The notes under the pieces: generated by a model
Database searches by the model: none
What the model was told of the DNA's origin: nothing
Seen by the model: the letters and a program-made list of their open reading frames with translations, nothing else
From: Candidatus Iainarchaeum sp.
Lineage (GTDB): Archaea > Iainarchaeota > Iainarchaeia > Iainarchaeales > GCA-2688035
Assembly (NCBI GenBank): GCA_017609945.1
Contig: JAFCCZ010000001.1
Location: 1 to 40,068, forward strand
Length of the DNA: 40,068 bases
Reading direction: 5' to 3'
Translations under genes and position numbers: made by a program
Part shown: positions 8,070-15,889 of the stretch, piece by piece
How the letters are laid out: each line of letters starts with the position of its first letter
How positions within the stretch are numbered: the first letter of the stretch is position 1

Positions 8070-8711
8070 GTGAATTACTTGGAAAATGACTTAAAAACCG
8101 GCACCACAACCGTAGGGTTGATAACAAAGGATGGAGTTGTGCTTGCAGCAGACAAAAGAGCAAGCATGGGCCACCTGGCTTACGACGAGGACAGCAAAAA
8201 GCTGTACAAGATAACTGACAAGATTGGCGCAACAAACGCCGGCTCTGTTGGAGACAGCTTGACGGTAATAAGATTCCTGAGAAGCCACGCAGGACTGTAC
8301 GAGATTGAAAGAAACACACATATAACGCCAAGGGCGCTTGCAAGCTATCTTGCAAACGTGCTGAATTCAAACAGGTATTTTCCGTTCTCAGTGCAGTTCA
8401 TTCTCGGCGGACTGAACAAAAAGCCAGAGCTTTTTGAGCTCACGCCCTACGGTGGGGTTCTTGAAAGAAACACTTACGCAGTAAGCGGATCTGGAACAGA
8501 GCTTGCTTTGACAACCCTTGACCAAAACTACAAGAAGGGAATGAGTGAAGCAGAGGGAATTGCCCTTGCAATAAAGGCAATAAATGCGGGAAAGAAAAGG
8601 GACATATATTCCGGCGGAAAAGGCGTAAGCGTAATGGTCATAGACGAAAAGGGAACAAGAGAACTGAGCGAAAGCGAAGTTCAAACTTTTAACCAGCCAG
8701 AGAAAGCATAA
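8070..8711 (+). CDS. psmB: Proteasome subunit beta (start uncertain: GTG 8070 or TTG 8079)
   Basis: GTTTVGLITKDGVVLAADKRASMG shows the propeptide/Thr1 junction and Ntn-hydrolase core. The ORF-track start at 7911 overlaps FKBP and encodes a K/R-rich artefact, so a short propeptide start is preferred. Confidence 0.85.
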   Translation: MNYLENDLKTGTTTVGLITKDGVVLAADKRASMGHLAYDEDSKKLYKITDKIGATNAGSVGDSLTVIRFLRSHAGLYEIERNTHITPRALASYLANVLNSNRYFPFSVQFILGGLNKKPELFELTPYGGVLERNTYAVSGSGTELALTTLDQNYKKGMSEAEGIALAIKAINAGKKRDIYSGGKGVSVMVIDEKGTRELSESEVQTFNQPEKA

Positions 8712-8783
8712 GGGAATTGGGTTTTCCTGGCCAGGTAATGCCTTTAGGTATTATTTCTCAGAATTTAAGGAGAATGGCTTACC

Positions 8784-10676
8784 ATGAAGATACTAGAAGA
8801 TGTAAAACGGGTAGTGGAAAGCACCCTTCCAAACAAGTCAGAAGTAACCAAAATTGAGATGGAGGGGCCAGAAATTGCCATCTACACAAACAACCCAAAA
8901 ACTTTTTTTGAGAACGAAAGATATGTTGCAAACATAGCATCCGAGCTCAAGAAAAGGATAAACATCAGAACAGACAAAAGCCTGCTCATTGAAAAAGAGG
9001 AGGCAAAGGAAAAAATAATGAAAATAATCCCAGAGGACGCAGACGTAAAAAATGTAAGCTTTGAAGCGCCGTTCTCAGAAGTAACAATTGAGGCAATAAA
9101 ACCAGGCCTGGTAATTGGAAAACACGGTGAAACCAGCAAGAAAATAACTCTTGAAACAGGCTGGACGCCAAACATAATCAGGGCTCCAACACAGAACTCT
9201 GATATTTTGAGGGGAATAAGGCATCACCTGCACTCGCACGCAGCGGAAAGGAAAAAGATTCTGAAGGAAACCGCGGAAAAAATTTACCGAGACATTGAAC
9301 CAAGCAGGGACGACTGGGTAAGGCTAGAGGCACTTGGGGGATTCAGGCAGGTTGGAAGAAGTTCAATATTTGTTGAAACTCCGCATACCAAAATACTAAT
9401 GGACTGCGGGATAAACGTTGCCTCAAGGGAAAAACCATACCCCTACCTTGAAACACTTCACTTCCCCCTAACAGAACTTGACGCAGTAATAGTAACGCAC
9501 GCCCACATGGACCACTCAGGCTTTGTACCATACCTTTACAAAAGCGGGTACCGCGGCCCGGTCTACTGCACAGCCCCAACCCGCGATTTGATGACACTAC
9601 TGCAGTTTGACGGAATAGATATCTCAGTAAAAGAGGGAAAGGAACCGGTCTACAACGAAAAGGACGTTAAGGAAACAGTAATTCACTGCATTCCACGCGA
9701 TTACCGCGAAGTAACAGACATTGCCCCAGACATAAGGCTTACCCTGCACAACGCAGCGCACATTCTTGGAAGCAGCTCAGTGCACCTGCACATTGGAGAG
9801 GGTGCCCACAACCTGGTTTACAGCGGAGACTTTAAATTTGGATTCACAAGACTGTTCAACAACGTTGACATAAAGTATCCAAGGCTTGAAACACTAATAC
9901 TTGAAAGCACCTACGGTGGAAAGAACGGAGTGCAGCCAGACAGGCAAGAAGCGGAGGACAGGCTGCTAATGGTTCTCAAGGAAACACTGCAAAGGGACGG
10001 AAACGTTCTGATTCCGGTTTTTGCAGTTGGAAGAGGCCAGGAAATAATGCTTGTTCTGGAAAACTTCTACAAACAAGGCCTGCTTGACGCAAAATGTTAC
10101 GTTGACGGAATGACAAGAGAGGCAAGCGCAATCCACACCGCTTACCCTGAAAAACTCAGAAAGGGCGTTCAGAGAAGAGTGCTGCAGAACGACAGCCCGT
10201 TCAACGCAGAAATCTTTGAAAGCGCGAACGGAAAGAACAGGGAAGAGCTCGCCGCAGAAAAGGGCGTGATAATAATTGCCTCAAGCGGAATGCTGACAGG
10301 GGGCCCAAGCGTTGCATACCTGCACATGCTTGCCGAAAACCCTGACAACTGCCTGATATTTGTTGGATACCAGGGGGAGGGAAGCCTTGGAAGAAAGATT
10401 CAGTCAGGCGTAAGCTCAACCCCAATAACCGACAAGAACGGAAAAACAAGGGCAATGAACATCCAAATGAGGGTTGAAACAATAGAGGGCTTTTCAGGGC
10501 ACAGCGACAGAAACCAGCTGATAAACTTTATAAGGTCATTGAAACCAAAGCCAAAAAAGATTCTCTTAAACCACGGCGACAAAACAAGCGTTACCGATTT
10601 CTCAAGATTCATTTCAAGCAAGCTGGGAATAAGCGCAACCGCAATGAGAAACCTGGACGCAGTAAGGCTGAGATAA
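8784..10676 (+). CDS. fttA: aCPSF1/FttA-type beta-CASP ribonuclease with two N-terminal KH domains
   Basis: 630 aa. KH-like N-terminus (GLVIGKHGETSKKI), metallo-beta-lactamase motif VTHAHMDHSG, and a beta-CASP C-terminal part (SGHSDRNQL). AAGGAG lies 12 nt upstream of the ATG. Confidence 0.9.
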   Translation: MKILEDVKRVVESTLPNKSEVTKIEMEGPEIAIYTNNPKTFFENERYVANIASELKKRINIRTDKSLLIEKEEAKEKIMKIIPEDADVKNVSFEAPFSEVTIEAIKPGLVIGKHGETSKKITLETGWTPNIIRAPTQNSDILRGIRHHLHSHAAERKKILKETAEKIYRDIEPSRDDWVRLEALGGFRQVGRSSIFVETPHTKILMDCGINVASREKPYPYLETLHFPLTELDAVIVTHAHMDHSGFVPYLYKSGYRGPVYCTAPTRDLMTLLQFDGIDISVKEGKEPVYNEKDVKETVIHCIPRDYREVTDIAPDIRLTLHNAAHILGSSSVHLHIGEGAHNLVYSGDFKFGFTRLFNNVDIKYPRLETLILESTYGGKNGVQPDRQEAEDRLLMVLKETLQRDGNVLIPVFAVGRGQEIMLVLENFYKQGLLDAKCYVDGMTREASAIHTAYPEKLRKGVQRRVLQNDSPFNAEIFESANGKNREELAAEKGVIIIASSGMLTGGPSVAYLHMLAENPDNCLIFVGYQGEGSLGRKIQSGVSSTPITDKNGKTRAMNIQMRVETIEGFSGHSDRNQLINFIRSLKPKPKKILLNHGDKTSVTDFSRFISSKLGISATAMRNLDAVRLR

Positions 10677-10678
10677 AA

Positions 10679-11602
10679 TCAGCACTCTTTGCAGGGCCCG
10701 CCGCAATCCACGCCCACTTCTTCGCCATTCATTACCCCATCATTGCAGTTTGGCTTGAAGCACTCCCCTGCCTCCGGGTCAGTTTCGTCCCCGTCGGTCC
10801 AGTAACAATCCCAATCACAGTAGTAGTCATCATACTCTGAATTGCAAATATCGTCCTCGGCATAAGCATCAGTGCAATCGCTTGGGCAGGAGAAAAAGTT
10901 CTCGTAGCTGTCGCAAACAGAATTGCTATTGCACAATAAGAAAGGAATATTCAAAGAAAGCCTTTCAGAACCCTCAAAGTCAACATCAATTGTTCGAGCC
11001 CCGAAAAAGGGAATGCTAACAGGATAAATGGTTTCGTCAAGGATTATGGGGGGGTTTGTGAACAGCATAAATTCCGGCTTAAACGAATAGTAACCTATGC
11101 CGGTTGCAGTGGTAACAGCCAAGGAAAAATAGCCATCATCGTTTACTGGGGCGCCAGACAACTCATCAGTTGGCAGGGAAGGTGATGCCATTAAAGAGGA
11201 CAGCGTCACTTTCCCTGCATCGGAAACCAGCAACCCAAGCTCGATTGACTCCGCCTGCGCAGCGGAAGGAAGTCCAAGGAAACAATCGGCATCAACCGAA
11301 CAACCACTAATTCCAGGTTCACTCACCAGCACGCATTGGTAATCTATGCACTCAGAATGCGTTTCCGGCTGAACGCAATCCTCTGGGCAGTTATCGTGGT
11401 TTTCACCTGAAACGGTATCGCACTGGCCATCACCACACAATTCTGGCGGGGGGCAGTCCCCCCCACTCTCAACAGGACAGTTCTTATAACTCTCCCCCAG
11501 CTCACAAATGCCGTTGCCGCACACCGATGGATTTACGCAGCCGCTTAAGACAACTGCAAACAACAACAGGGAAACAAGCAACGCAATGTGAACTGGTTTC
11601 AT
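10679..11602 (-). CDS. Secreted/lipobox-type Cys-rich protein, unknown function
   Basis: Signal MKPVHIALLVSLLLFAVVLSGC. Modules VCGNGICELGESYKNCP...DCPP and CGDGQCDTVSGENHDNCPEDC. C-terminal CNDGVMNGEEVGVDCGGPCKEC. The ATG overlaps the upstream stop (ATGA at 11599-11602). Confidence 0.7.
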   Translation of the reverse strand: MKPVHIALLVSLLLFAVVLSGCVNPSVCGNGICELGESYKNCPVESGGDCPPPELCGDGQCDTVSGENHDNCPEDCVQPETHSECIDYQCVLVSEPGISGCSVDADCFLGLPSAAQAESIELGLLVSDAGKVTLSSLMASPSLPTDELSGAPVNDDGYFSLAVTTATGIGYYSFKPEFMLFTNPPIILDETIYPVSIPFFGARTIDVDFEGSERLSLNIPFLLCNSNSVCDSYENFFSCPSDCTDAYAEDDICNSEYDDYYCDWDCYWTDGDETDPEAGECFKPNCNDGVMNGEEVGVDCGGPCKEC

Positions 11603-13332
11603 CCAATCACCTCATCGTATGGCTTGCAGTTGATTACAAGAGGGGCGGGATAAACATAGCCCGTGAATATCGATGGGTCACAGGAAGTTAAATTTCCCGC
11701 TCCCATAATGCTTCTTTCGGTGCCGTCGGTGCCGAACCTTTTGCCCGCAAAAAGCATACCATTAAACGGTGGGTTACAAGGAGCCACAAAATCGCCAAAC
11801 GGGTCTGTCAGTATCCTACTATAACAGGGCCTGTTGCCCAACGCATTATCTATTAGGGTATAACCCTCCGTTGGAAACTCGTTGTACTGGGCACCCAATA
11901 ATTTTTGTGCATCCCAGACGGATTCCAAATACTCATCTCTGAAACTAAAGAAATGCCCAAGCTCGTGAAGAACAATGGGAATAAACTCGTCCTCGGTGGA
12001 ATCAACAAATATGTCGCTGTTGGCAATTGAAGAACCGCCTAACAAGCCAGGGGTGCCGCCGACAAAGATATATGGGTCATACAAGTAAGACCGGTTATCT
12101 ACCCTTTTGCCAGCCAGATTCCTCAGCTTAAGCCTTGACCCGTTTTTAAGAATCTCTGCTTCCACCTGGATATACTCTACAACGCCACCGTCCCCTAATT
12201 TTATGCTGGCCTTTAACTTCGTCCCCCGCCTATTTTCAAATTCCAGATTATCAACACCCTTCATACAAAAAAGCTCAGTGTTCTTAGGCAACTCGGCAGT
12301 AGTTTGTTTTGTTGTTATAATCTCATAATCACTGTTTTTTAAATCAAATTTGAATTTAGTAAAAGGAACTGGCTTTATGTCCTCGCCGCCAAGATTAGGG
12401 TTTTTAGGCCTTGCAAAGTCAATGAATTCACCAACTACAAATTCTGAAAGCCAGGAAATTGCGCCACCAGGGTAATTCACCGGGAAAAAGTAAAAGTTGT
12501 GCTTTGCAACAGCAAAGGTCTTCTCGCTGGTCATCTCATGGTAGGCGTCTTCACTGGGAACTCTATAGATAACTAGTGCTGCGTCGCAACGAATGTTCTC
12601 GCCGCGCTCGATTTTTTCCTGGGGAATTTCTGCCCTGCAATGATACTTGTAGTCTTTGTAGATACAGCTCTTGTCAAGTCTCTCCGCCACGTCAAGGTTC
12701 TTCGTCCAGAACTCTTCTCCATCGCCAAAATCGCCCCCGTTCTCGGCAGGATCCTGATACTCCACGATAAAAGAGAGTACGTAATTGACGGCAGGCGGTC
12801 CACTACTAGCATCAACAATGGCTTCGCACACCAATTCATCAGACCCCTTACCAGAAAGTCCCACAGCCCCCCTAATCAAACCGTCAACATCCTTCCATCC
12901 ATTGCAATTTGCGCACTTTGTCCGATCCGAACCTAAACCAATCTTAAGGTAGTCGCTTGGAAAACCTCGGTTCTTCAGCCAGTTCTCCTGGCTTTGCTCA
13001 GGAATACCCTTTTTCTTAGCAGTGCCCTTTTTCTCAAGAGTGCCCAACCGAATAGTAACCTTTTCAATTGGATTTATGAGCTCACAGTCATAGCCGTCAC
13101 AACCATAACCATCACAATCATAACCATCATCGTAATAGCCATCACAGCTATAGCCATCACAGTCATAACCATCATCGTAATAGCCATCATAGCCATAGCC
13201 GTCACAACCATGACCATCACAGTCATAGCCATCATAGTAATTAGGAGGAGGCACAATCACCCCATGCACTAAAAAGAACAAGATTGAAAAAAACACCAGC
13301 AGCGCAAGATCCTTAAACAACAGTTTCACCAA
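11599..13332 (-). CDS. Secreted putative zinc metalloprotease (HExxH) with N-terminal (D-G-Y-D-C)n repeat region
   Basis: TTG 13332 or GVG-adjacent GTG 13329 start. Signal/TM LALLVFFSILFFLVHG. About 55 aa of DGYDCDGHGCDGYGYDGYYDDGYDCDGYSCDGYYDDGYDCDGYGCDGYDC. The only HExxH is in IVLHELGHFFSFRDEY. Confidence 0.7.
   Translation of the reverse strand: MVKLLFKDLALLVFFSILFFLVHGVIVPPPNYYDGYDCDGHGCDGYGYDGYYDDGYDCDGYSCDGYYDDGYDCDGYGCDGYDCELINPIEKVTIRLGTLEKKGTAKKKGIPEQSQENWLKNRGFPSDYLKIGLGSDRTKCANCNGWKDVDGLIRGAVGLSGKGSDELVCEAIVDASSGPPAVNYVLSFIVEYQDPAENGGDFGDGEEFWTKNLDVAERLDKSCIYKDYKYHCRAEIPQEKIERGENIRCDAALVIYRVPSEDAYHEMTSEKTFAVAKHNFYFFPVNYPGGAISWLSEFVVGEFIDFARPKNPNLGGEDIKPVPFTKFKFDLKNSDYEIITTKQTTAELPKNTELFCMKGVDNLEFENRRGTKLKASIKLGDGGVVEYIQVEAEILKNGSRLKLRNLAGKRVDNRSYLYDPYIFVGGTPGLLGGSSIANSDIFVDSTEDEFIPIVLHELGHFFSFRDEYLESVWDAQKLLGAQYNEFPTEGYTLIDNALGNRPCYSRILTDPFGDFVAPCNPPFNGMLFAGKRFGTDGTERSIMGAGNLTSCDPSIFTGYVYPAPLVINCKPYDEVIG
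13075..13250 (-). repeat. Low-complexity coding microsatellite-like repeat encoding the DGYDC/DGYY tract
   Basis: Repeated catagccatcaca / ataaccatcatcgtaatagccatc units on the plus strand. Both antisense frames give artefactual ITI/MVM ORFs. Confidence 0.8.
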
Positions 13333-13352
13333 TAGAACATAAGTAAAAGTGA

Positions 13353-13360
13353 TTAATTAA
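13353..13360 (-). promoter_or_regulatory. TATA-box-like element (TTAATTAA) for the metalloprotease operon
   Basis: Palindromic AT box 21-28 nt upstream of the TTG/GTG start at 13332/13329. The spacing fits a leaderless or very short-leader archaeal transcript. Confidence 0.35.
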
Positions 13361-13371
13361 CCTATCGCCCC

Positions 13372-13621
13372 TAAATTGGCGCTTTTGCACAGTGGCGTCA
13401 AAGAATAGTTTATTTTAAGCAAAATATTGTTTCCTAAGGAAATAGATTATTCCCTATACGATAACATCTACATAACGCCAATTTTTGGAATTTTTTCAGA
13501 AAAAAAATTTCGCCAAAAAAAGGTAAATCTACATAAAAAACAAGGCCAAATTGGGCTTTTTTTTCTTCATAAATCCCTAATAAACTGGTAAAGGTGAAAA
13601 GAAGGTCAAATTGGGCTTTTT
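13372..13621. promoter_or_regulatory. Cluster of repeated motifs (AAATTGG[G/CG]CTTTT x3 direct, 1 inverted; ATCTACATAA x2) in a 546-bp non-coding region
   Basis: Motif copies: taaattggcgctttt 13372-13386; cgccaattt (inverted) 13476-13484; aaggccaaattgggctttt 13543-13560; aaggtcaaattgggctttt 13603-13620 (exactly 60 bp apart). atctacataa occurs at 13466-13475 and 13527-13536 (61 bp apart). Confidence 0.4.
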
Positions 13622-13674
13622 CAAGCGAAAAGTATATAAATAACTTAGTATATTATATAACCGAGCGGATTGCA

Positions 13675-13812
13675 ATGAGGACAAACTTTGTTTCAGAAAA
13701 TGGCAAATTGTCTTTTCAAAAGGCATCCGAGCTAGGCAAGACTCTGAGTAGAGGGGGCATTACCCTGACTGATGCACAGACTGCTTTTTCCAAGAAGTGC
13801 GTTGGCAGGTAA
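13675..13812 (+). CDS. Possible 45-aa small protein (MRTNFVSENGKLSFQKASELGKTLSRGGITLTDAQTAFSKKCVGR)
   Basis: ATG 13675 is preceded by tatataaata (13634-13643) and tattatataa (13651-13660). It is followed directly by a hairpin plus T-tract. No homology recognised, so this could instead be a non-coding transcript. Confidence 0.3.
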   Translation: MRTNFVSENGKLSFQKASELGKTLSRGGITLTDAQTAFSKKCVGR

Positions 13813-13852
13813 TTCCCCTCTATCACCCCATTAGAGGGAATTCATTTGTTTT
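13811..13852 (+). terminator. Hairpin plus T-tract after the small ORF
   Basis: aattcccctcta (13811-13822) pairs with tagagggaatt (13832-13842): 11 bp with one bulge and a 9-nt loop. It is followed by catttgtttt. Confidence 0.4.
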
Positions 13853-13856
13853 AAAG
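13849..13856 (+). promoter_or_regulatory. TATA-box-like element (TTTTAAAG) for the Fap7-like gene
   Basis: Lies 23-30 nt upstream of ATG 13879 with no SD-like sequence between, which suggests a leaderless transcript. Confidence 0.35.
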
Positions 13857-13878
13857 GATTTCTGCCAGAAAGCATAAT

Positions 13879-14370
13879 ATGCGCATAATGGTAACCGGGT
13901 CCCCTGGAGTTGGGAAAACACGCATTGCAAAGGCCCTTGGCAAAAGCCTGAAATGCAGGGTTGTGAACGAGAAGGAATTTGCCGTAGAGCAGGCAATTGG
14001 AAAGTGGGATTCCCAAAATGAAGAGCTTGTTGTTCCGCTTGGAAAACTGCAAAAGGCACTTAACCAGGTTCTGGGAAGGGAAAAGAATCTGATTGTTGAA
14101 GGGCACCTGCTCTGCGAGACCAAGCTGAAGGTTGACGCTGTTGTTGTGCTAAGGCTTCACCCTGAATTGTTGCAGGCAAGGCTGGAGGGGGGCGGATATA
14201 TTGCTGAAAAAATCCAGGATAATGTGTTCTGCGAGGGCATTGACTACTGCAAAAAGCACATTTTGAGGCGCTATCCTGAGAAAAAGGTGCTTGAGGTTGA
14301 GTGCAAGAAAACTATTAAAGAAACAACCAACCATATAATTAGAGAGTTGGAAAAGAGATGGAAGTTATGA
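13879..14370 (+). CDS. Fap7/AK6-like adenylate kinase / NTPase (ribosome small-subunit maturation factor family)
   Basis: 163 aa. P-loop MVTGSPGVGKTRIAKALG; IVEGHL; DAVVVLRLHPELLQARLEGGGY (LID-like). Size and layout match archaeal Fap7. Confidence 0.7.
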   Translation: MRIMVTGSPGVGKTRIAKALGKSLKCRVVNEKEFAVEQAIGKWDSQNEELVVPLGKLQKALNQVLGREKNLIVEGHLLCETKLKVDAVVVLRLHPELLQARLEGGGYIAEKIQDNVFCEGIDYCKKHILRRYPEKKVLEVECKKTIKETTNHIIRELEKRWKL

Positions 14371-15587
14371 ATAAGTGGCATTTTTTGCTTTTGGGGCTGT
14401 TGGTCCTGGCAGGTCAGTGTTTTGGGGCAGTGGTTTTTGAGAGAAGCTTTGGGGAAATGGGGTATCCCGATTTTACTGTTGACGGCCCTGAAACAAGGGA
14501 ATGCACAGAGATAAGGTTTGTGTTTCCAAATGATGCTGATTTTAATGCAGAGGGCAATTATGCCATTGCCTCGCTGCACATGCTGCTTCTTCCGATAAAG
14601 GGCAAGAAATTTTATGTTGAAACTGAGCTGAACGGTGAAAAGGTTAGTTCTTACCTTACTGAGGAGTTTGCATGCGAGGCAAGCTGCTGGTTAAGGGCCA
14701 GCCTTCCAAAAGAGTTGTTGAAAGAAGGGGAAAACAGGCTTGAGCTCTGCTTGAACAACAGCGTTGACGTTACCAAAAGCGTGCTGAAGGCCGAATCAAA
14801 GGTAGGAATTTACAGGCTGGCTGACTTCTCGCAGGACGGGGCCTTTGTGGAACTGGCGGACAACGCAACCCCGCTAATTGGCGAGAGAGTGGAGATTGCA
14901 TTACTTCTACATAATTATGGTAGTGATGCCGGCTTGGTTGAAATGAAGCACGCAAGAAAGCTTGCCGAGGACAAAGAGGCCTATGTGGTGGTGGACGGCA
15001 GCACCCAGTTTGTTGGAAGCATTGGGGCCGGCGAAAGTGTTGAGCTTAGGTATTCAATCAAGCCAAGAGTTCTTGGAAGCATTTCGCTCCCGCCCGCAAT
15101 TCTGTACTATGACAACGGGTTTGGCGAGCAGAAGCAGAAGTTTGGCGAAATGGTCACAATCAATGTAAAGGAACCCGAGAGGAAGGTAAACGCTTTTGTG
15201 ATAAAGGACAGGGAAATAAACCTTGTTGGGGACACAAGCGAGATGCAGCTTGCCGTCAAGAACGAGGGCAGGGACGCTTTGTTCAATCTGGGAGTTTATT
15301 TGGAGCTCCCTGAGGGGATTTCACTTGTTGAAGAACCCGAAAGCATGATAGACGTCCTCTTCCCGGGGGAAACAAAAAACCTTGGATTCAGCGTGAGGGG
15401 AAACCAGGAAGGCGACTACAAGATTGGCTGCAGGGTGGTGTACAGGGATTTGAACCTCAGCGAAAGTAAGTGCAACCAGGCCTCCCTAGTGTTTGAAAAG
15501 CAGGAAATCCCGCTTGAATTCTGGGGCGGGATCGCGCTGCTGATAGTGGGAATTGCGGTTTACCTGTACATCCAATTTGGGAAATAG
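14367..15587 (+). CDS. Secreted protein with C-terminal TM anchor; CARDB/COG1361-like beta-sandwich domains
   Basis: Start taken at ATG 14367 (MNKWHFLLLGLLVLAGQCFG), overlapping the Fap7 stop as ATGA. Motifs AGESVELRYSIKPRVLGSISLPPAILYY and LAVKNEGRDALFNLGVYLELPEGISLV resemble archaeal surface-protein domains. C-terminal helix GGIALLIVGIAVYLYI. Confidence 0.6.
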   Translation: MNKWHFLLLGLLVLAGQCFGAVVFERSFGEMGYPDFTVDGPETRECTEIRFVFPNDADFNAEGNYAIASLHMLLLPIKGKKFYVETELNGEKVSSYLTEEFACEASCWLRASLPKELLKEGENRLELCLNNSVDVTKSVLKAESKVGIYRLADFSQDGAFVELADNATPLIGERVEIALLLHNYGSDAGLVEMKHARKLAEDKEAYVVVDGSTQFVGSIGAGESVELRYSIKPRVLGSISLPPAILYYDNGFGEQKQKFGEMVTINVKEPERKVNAFVIKDREINLVGDTSEMQLAVKNEGRDALFNLGVYLELPEGISLVEEPESMIDVLFPGETKNLGFSVRGNQEGDYKIGCRVVYRDLNLSESKCNQASLVFEKQEIPLEFWGGIALLIVGIAVYLYIQFGK

Positions 15588-15603
15588 GTTAGGTGGATTA
15601 AAA

Positions 15604-15843
15604 TTAGTAAAGGCGGTCGATCTGGGCATGGAGCTTCGCCAGCTCCCGTTCTAAAGCCCTCACCTTCGAGATATATTTTTGGCGGTTTTTTCCAGGCCCT
15701 TCCGTCCGAAGCACCTCCAAAGCAGTACGTTTGTGGTCAATCTTTGCCAAAATCGTATCGCGAACGCCCTGCGTTACCTTTTTTCTCGCTCTACGGGCTG
15801 CCCCTCGCCTCCTGCTACCGTCTCTCCTAGTTCGATACGCCAT
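15604..15843 (-). CDS. Small (79 aa) Arg/Lys-rich protein with C-terminal coiled coil, unknown function
   Basis: ATG start. MAYRTRRDGSRRRGAARRARKK... then KVRALERELAKLHAQIDRLY. Visibly more G+C-rich than its flanks. Lies 46 nt downstream of the 1261-aa gene on the same strand. Confidence 0.45.
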   Translation of the reverse strand: MAYRTRRDGSRRRGAARRARKKVTQGVRDTILAKIDHKRTALEVLRTEGPGKNRQKYISKVRALERELAKLHAQIDRLY

Positions 15844-15889
15844 TCAATTAAAATATGAGCTTGCCAGCTTTTTATTCCTTTGCCCGGCG

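Noticed and set aside
13074-13272. 60-aa and 92-aa ORFs rich in ITI/MVM repeats
   Set aside because: They are frame or antisense artefacts of the DGYDC-encoding repeat in the metalloprotease gene.
13594-13674. Upstream extension of the small ORF (MKRRSNWAFSSEKYINNLVYYITERIA)
   Set aside because: It would run through both TATA-like boxes. The in-frame ATG at 13675 with promoter-like geometry is more plausible, and even that call is weak.
13333-13878. Replication origin (AT-rich, repeats)
   Set aside because: There is no adjacent orc1/cdc6 gene, no ORB-like dyad with a G-string, and the repeats are short. This is retained only as a possibility to test, not as a call.
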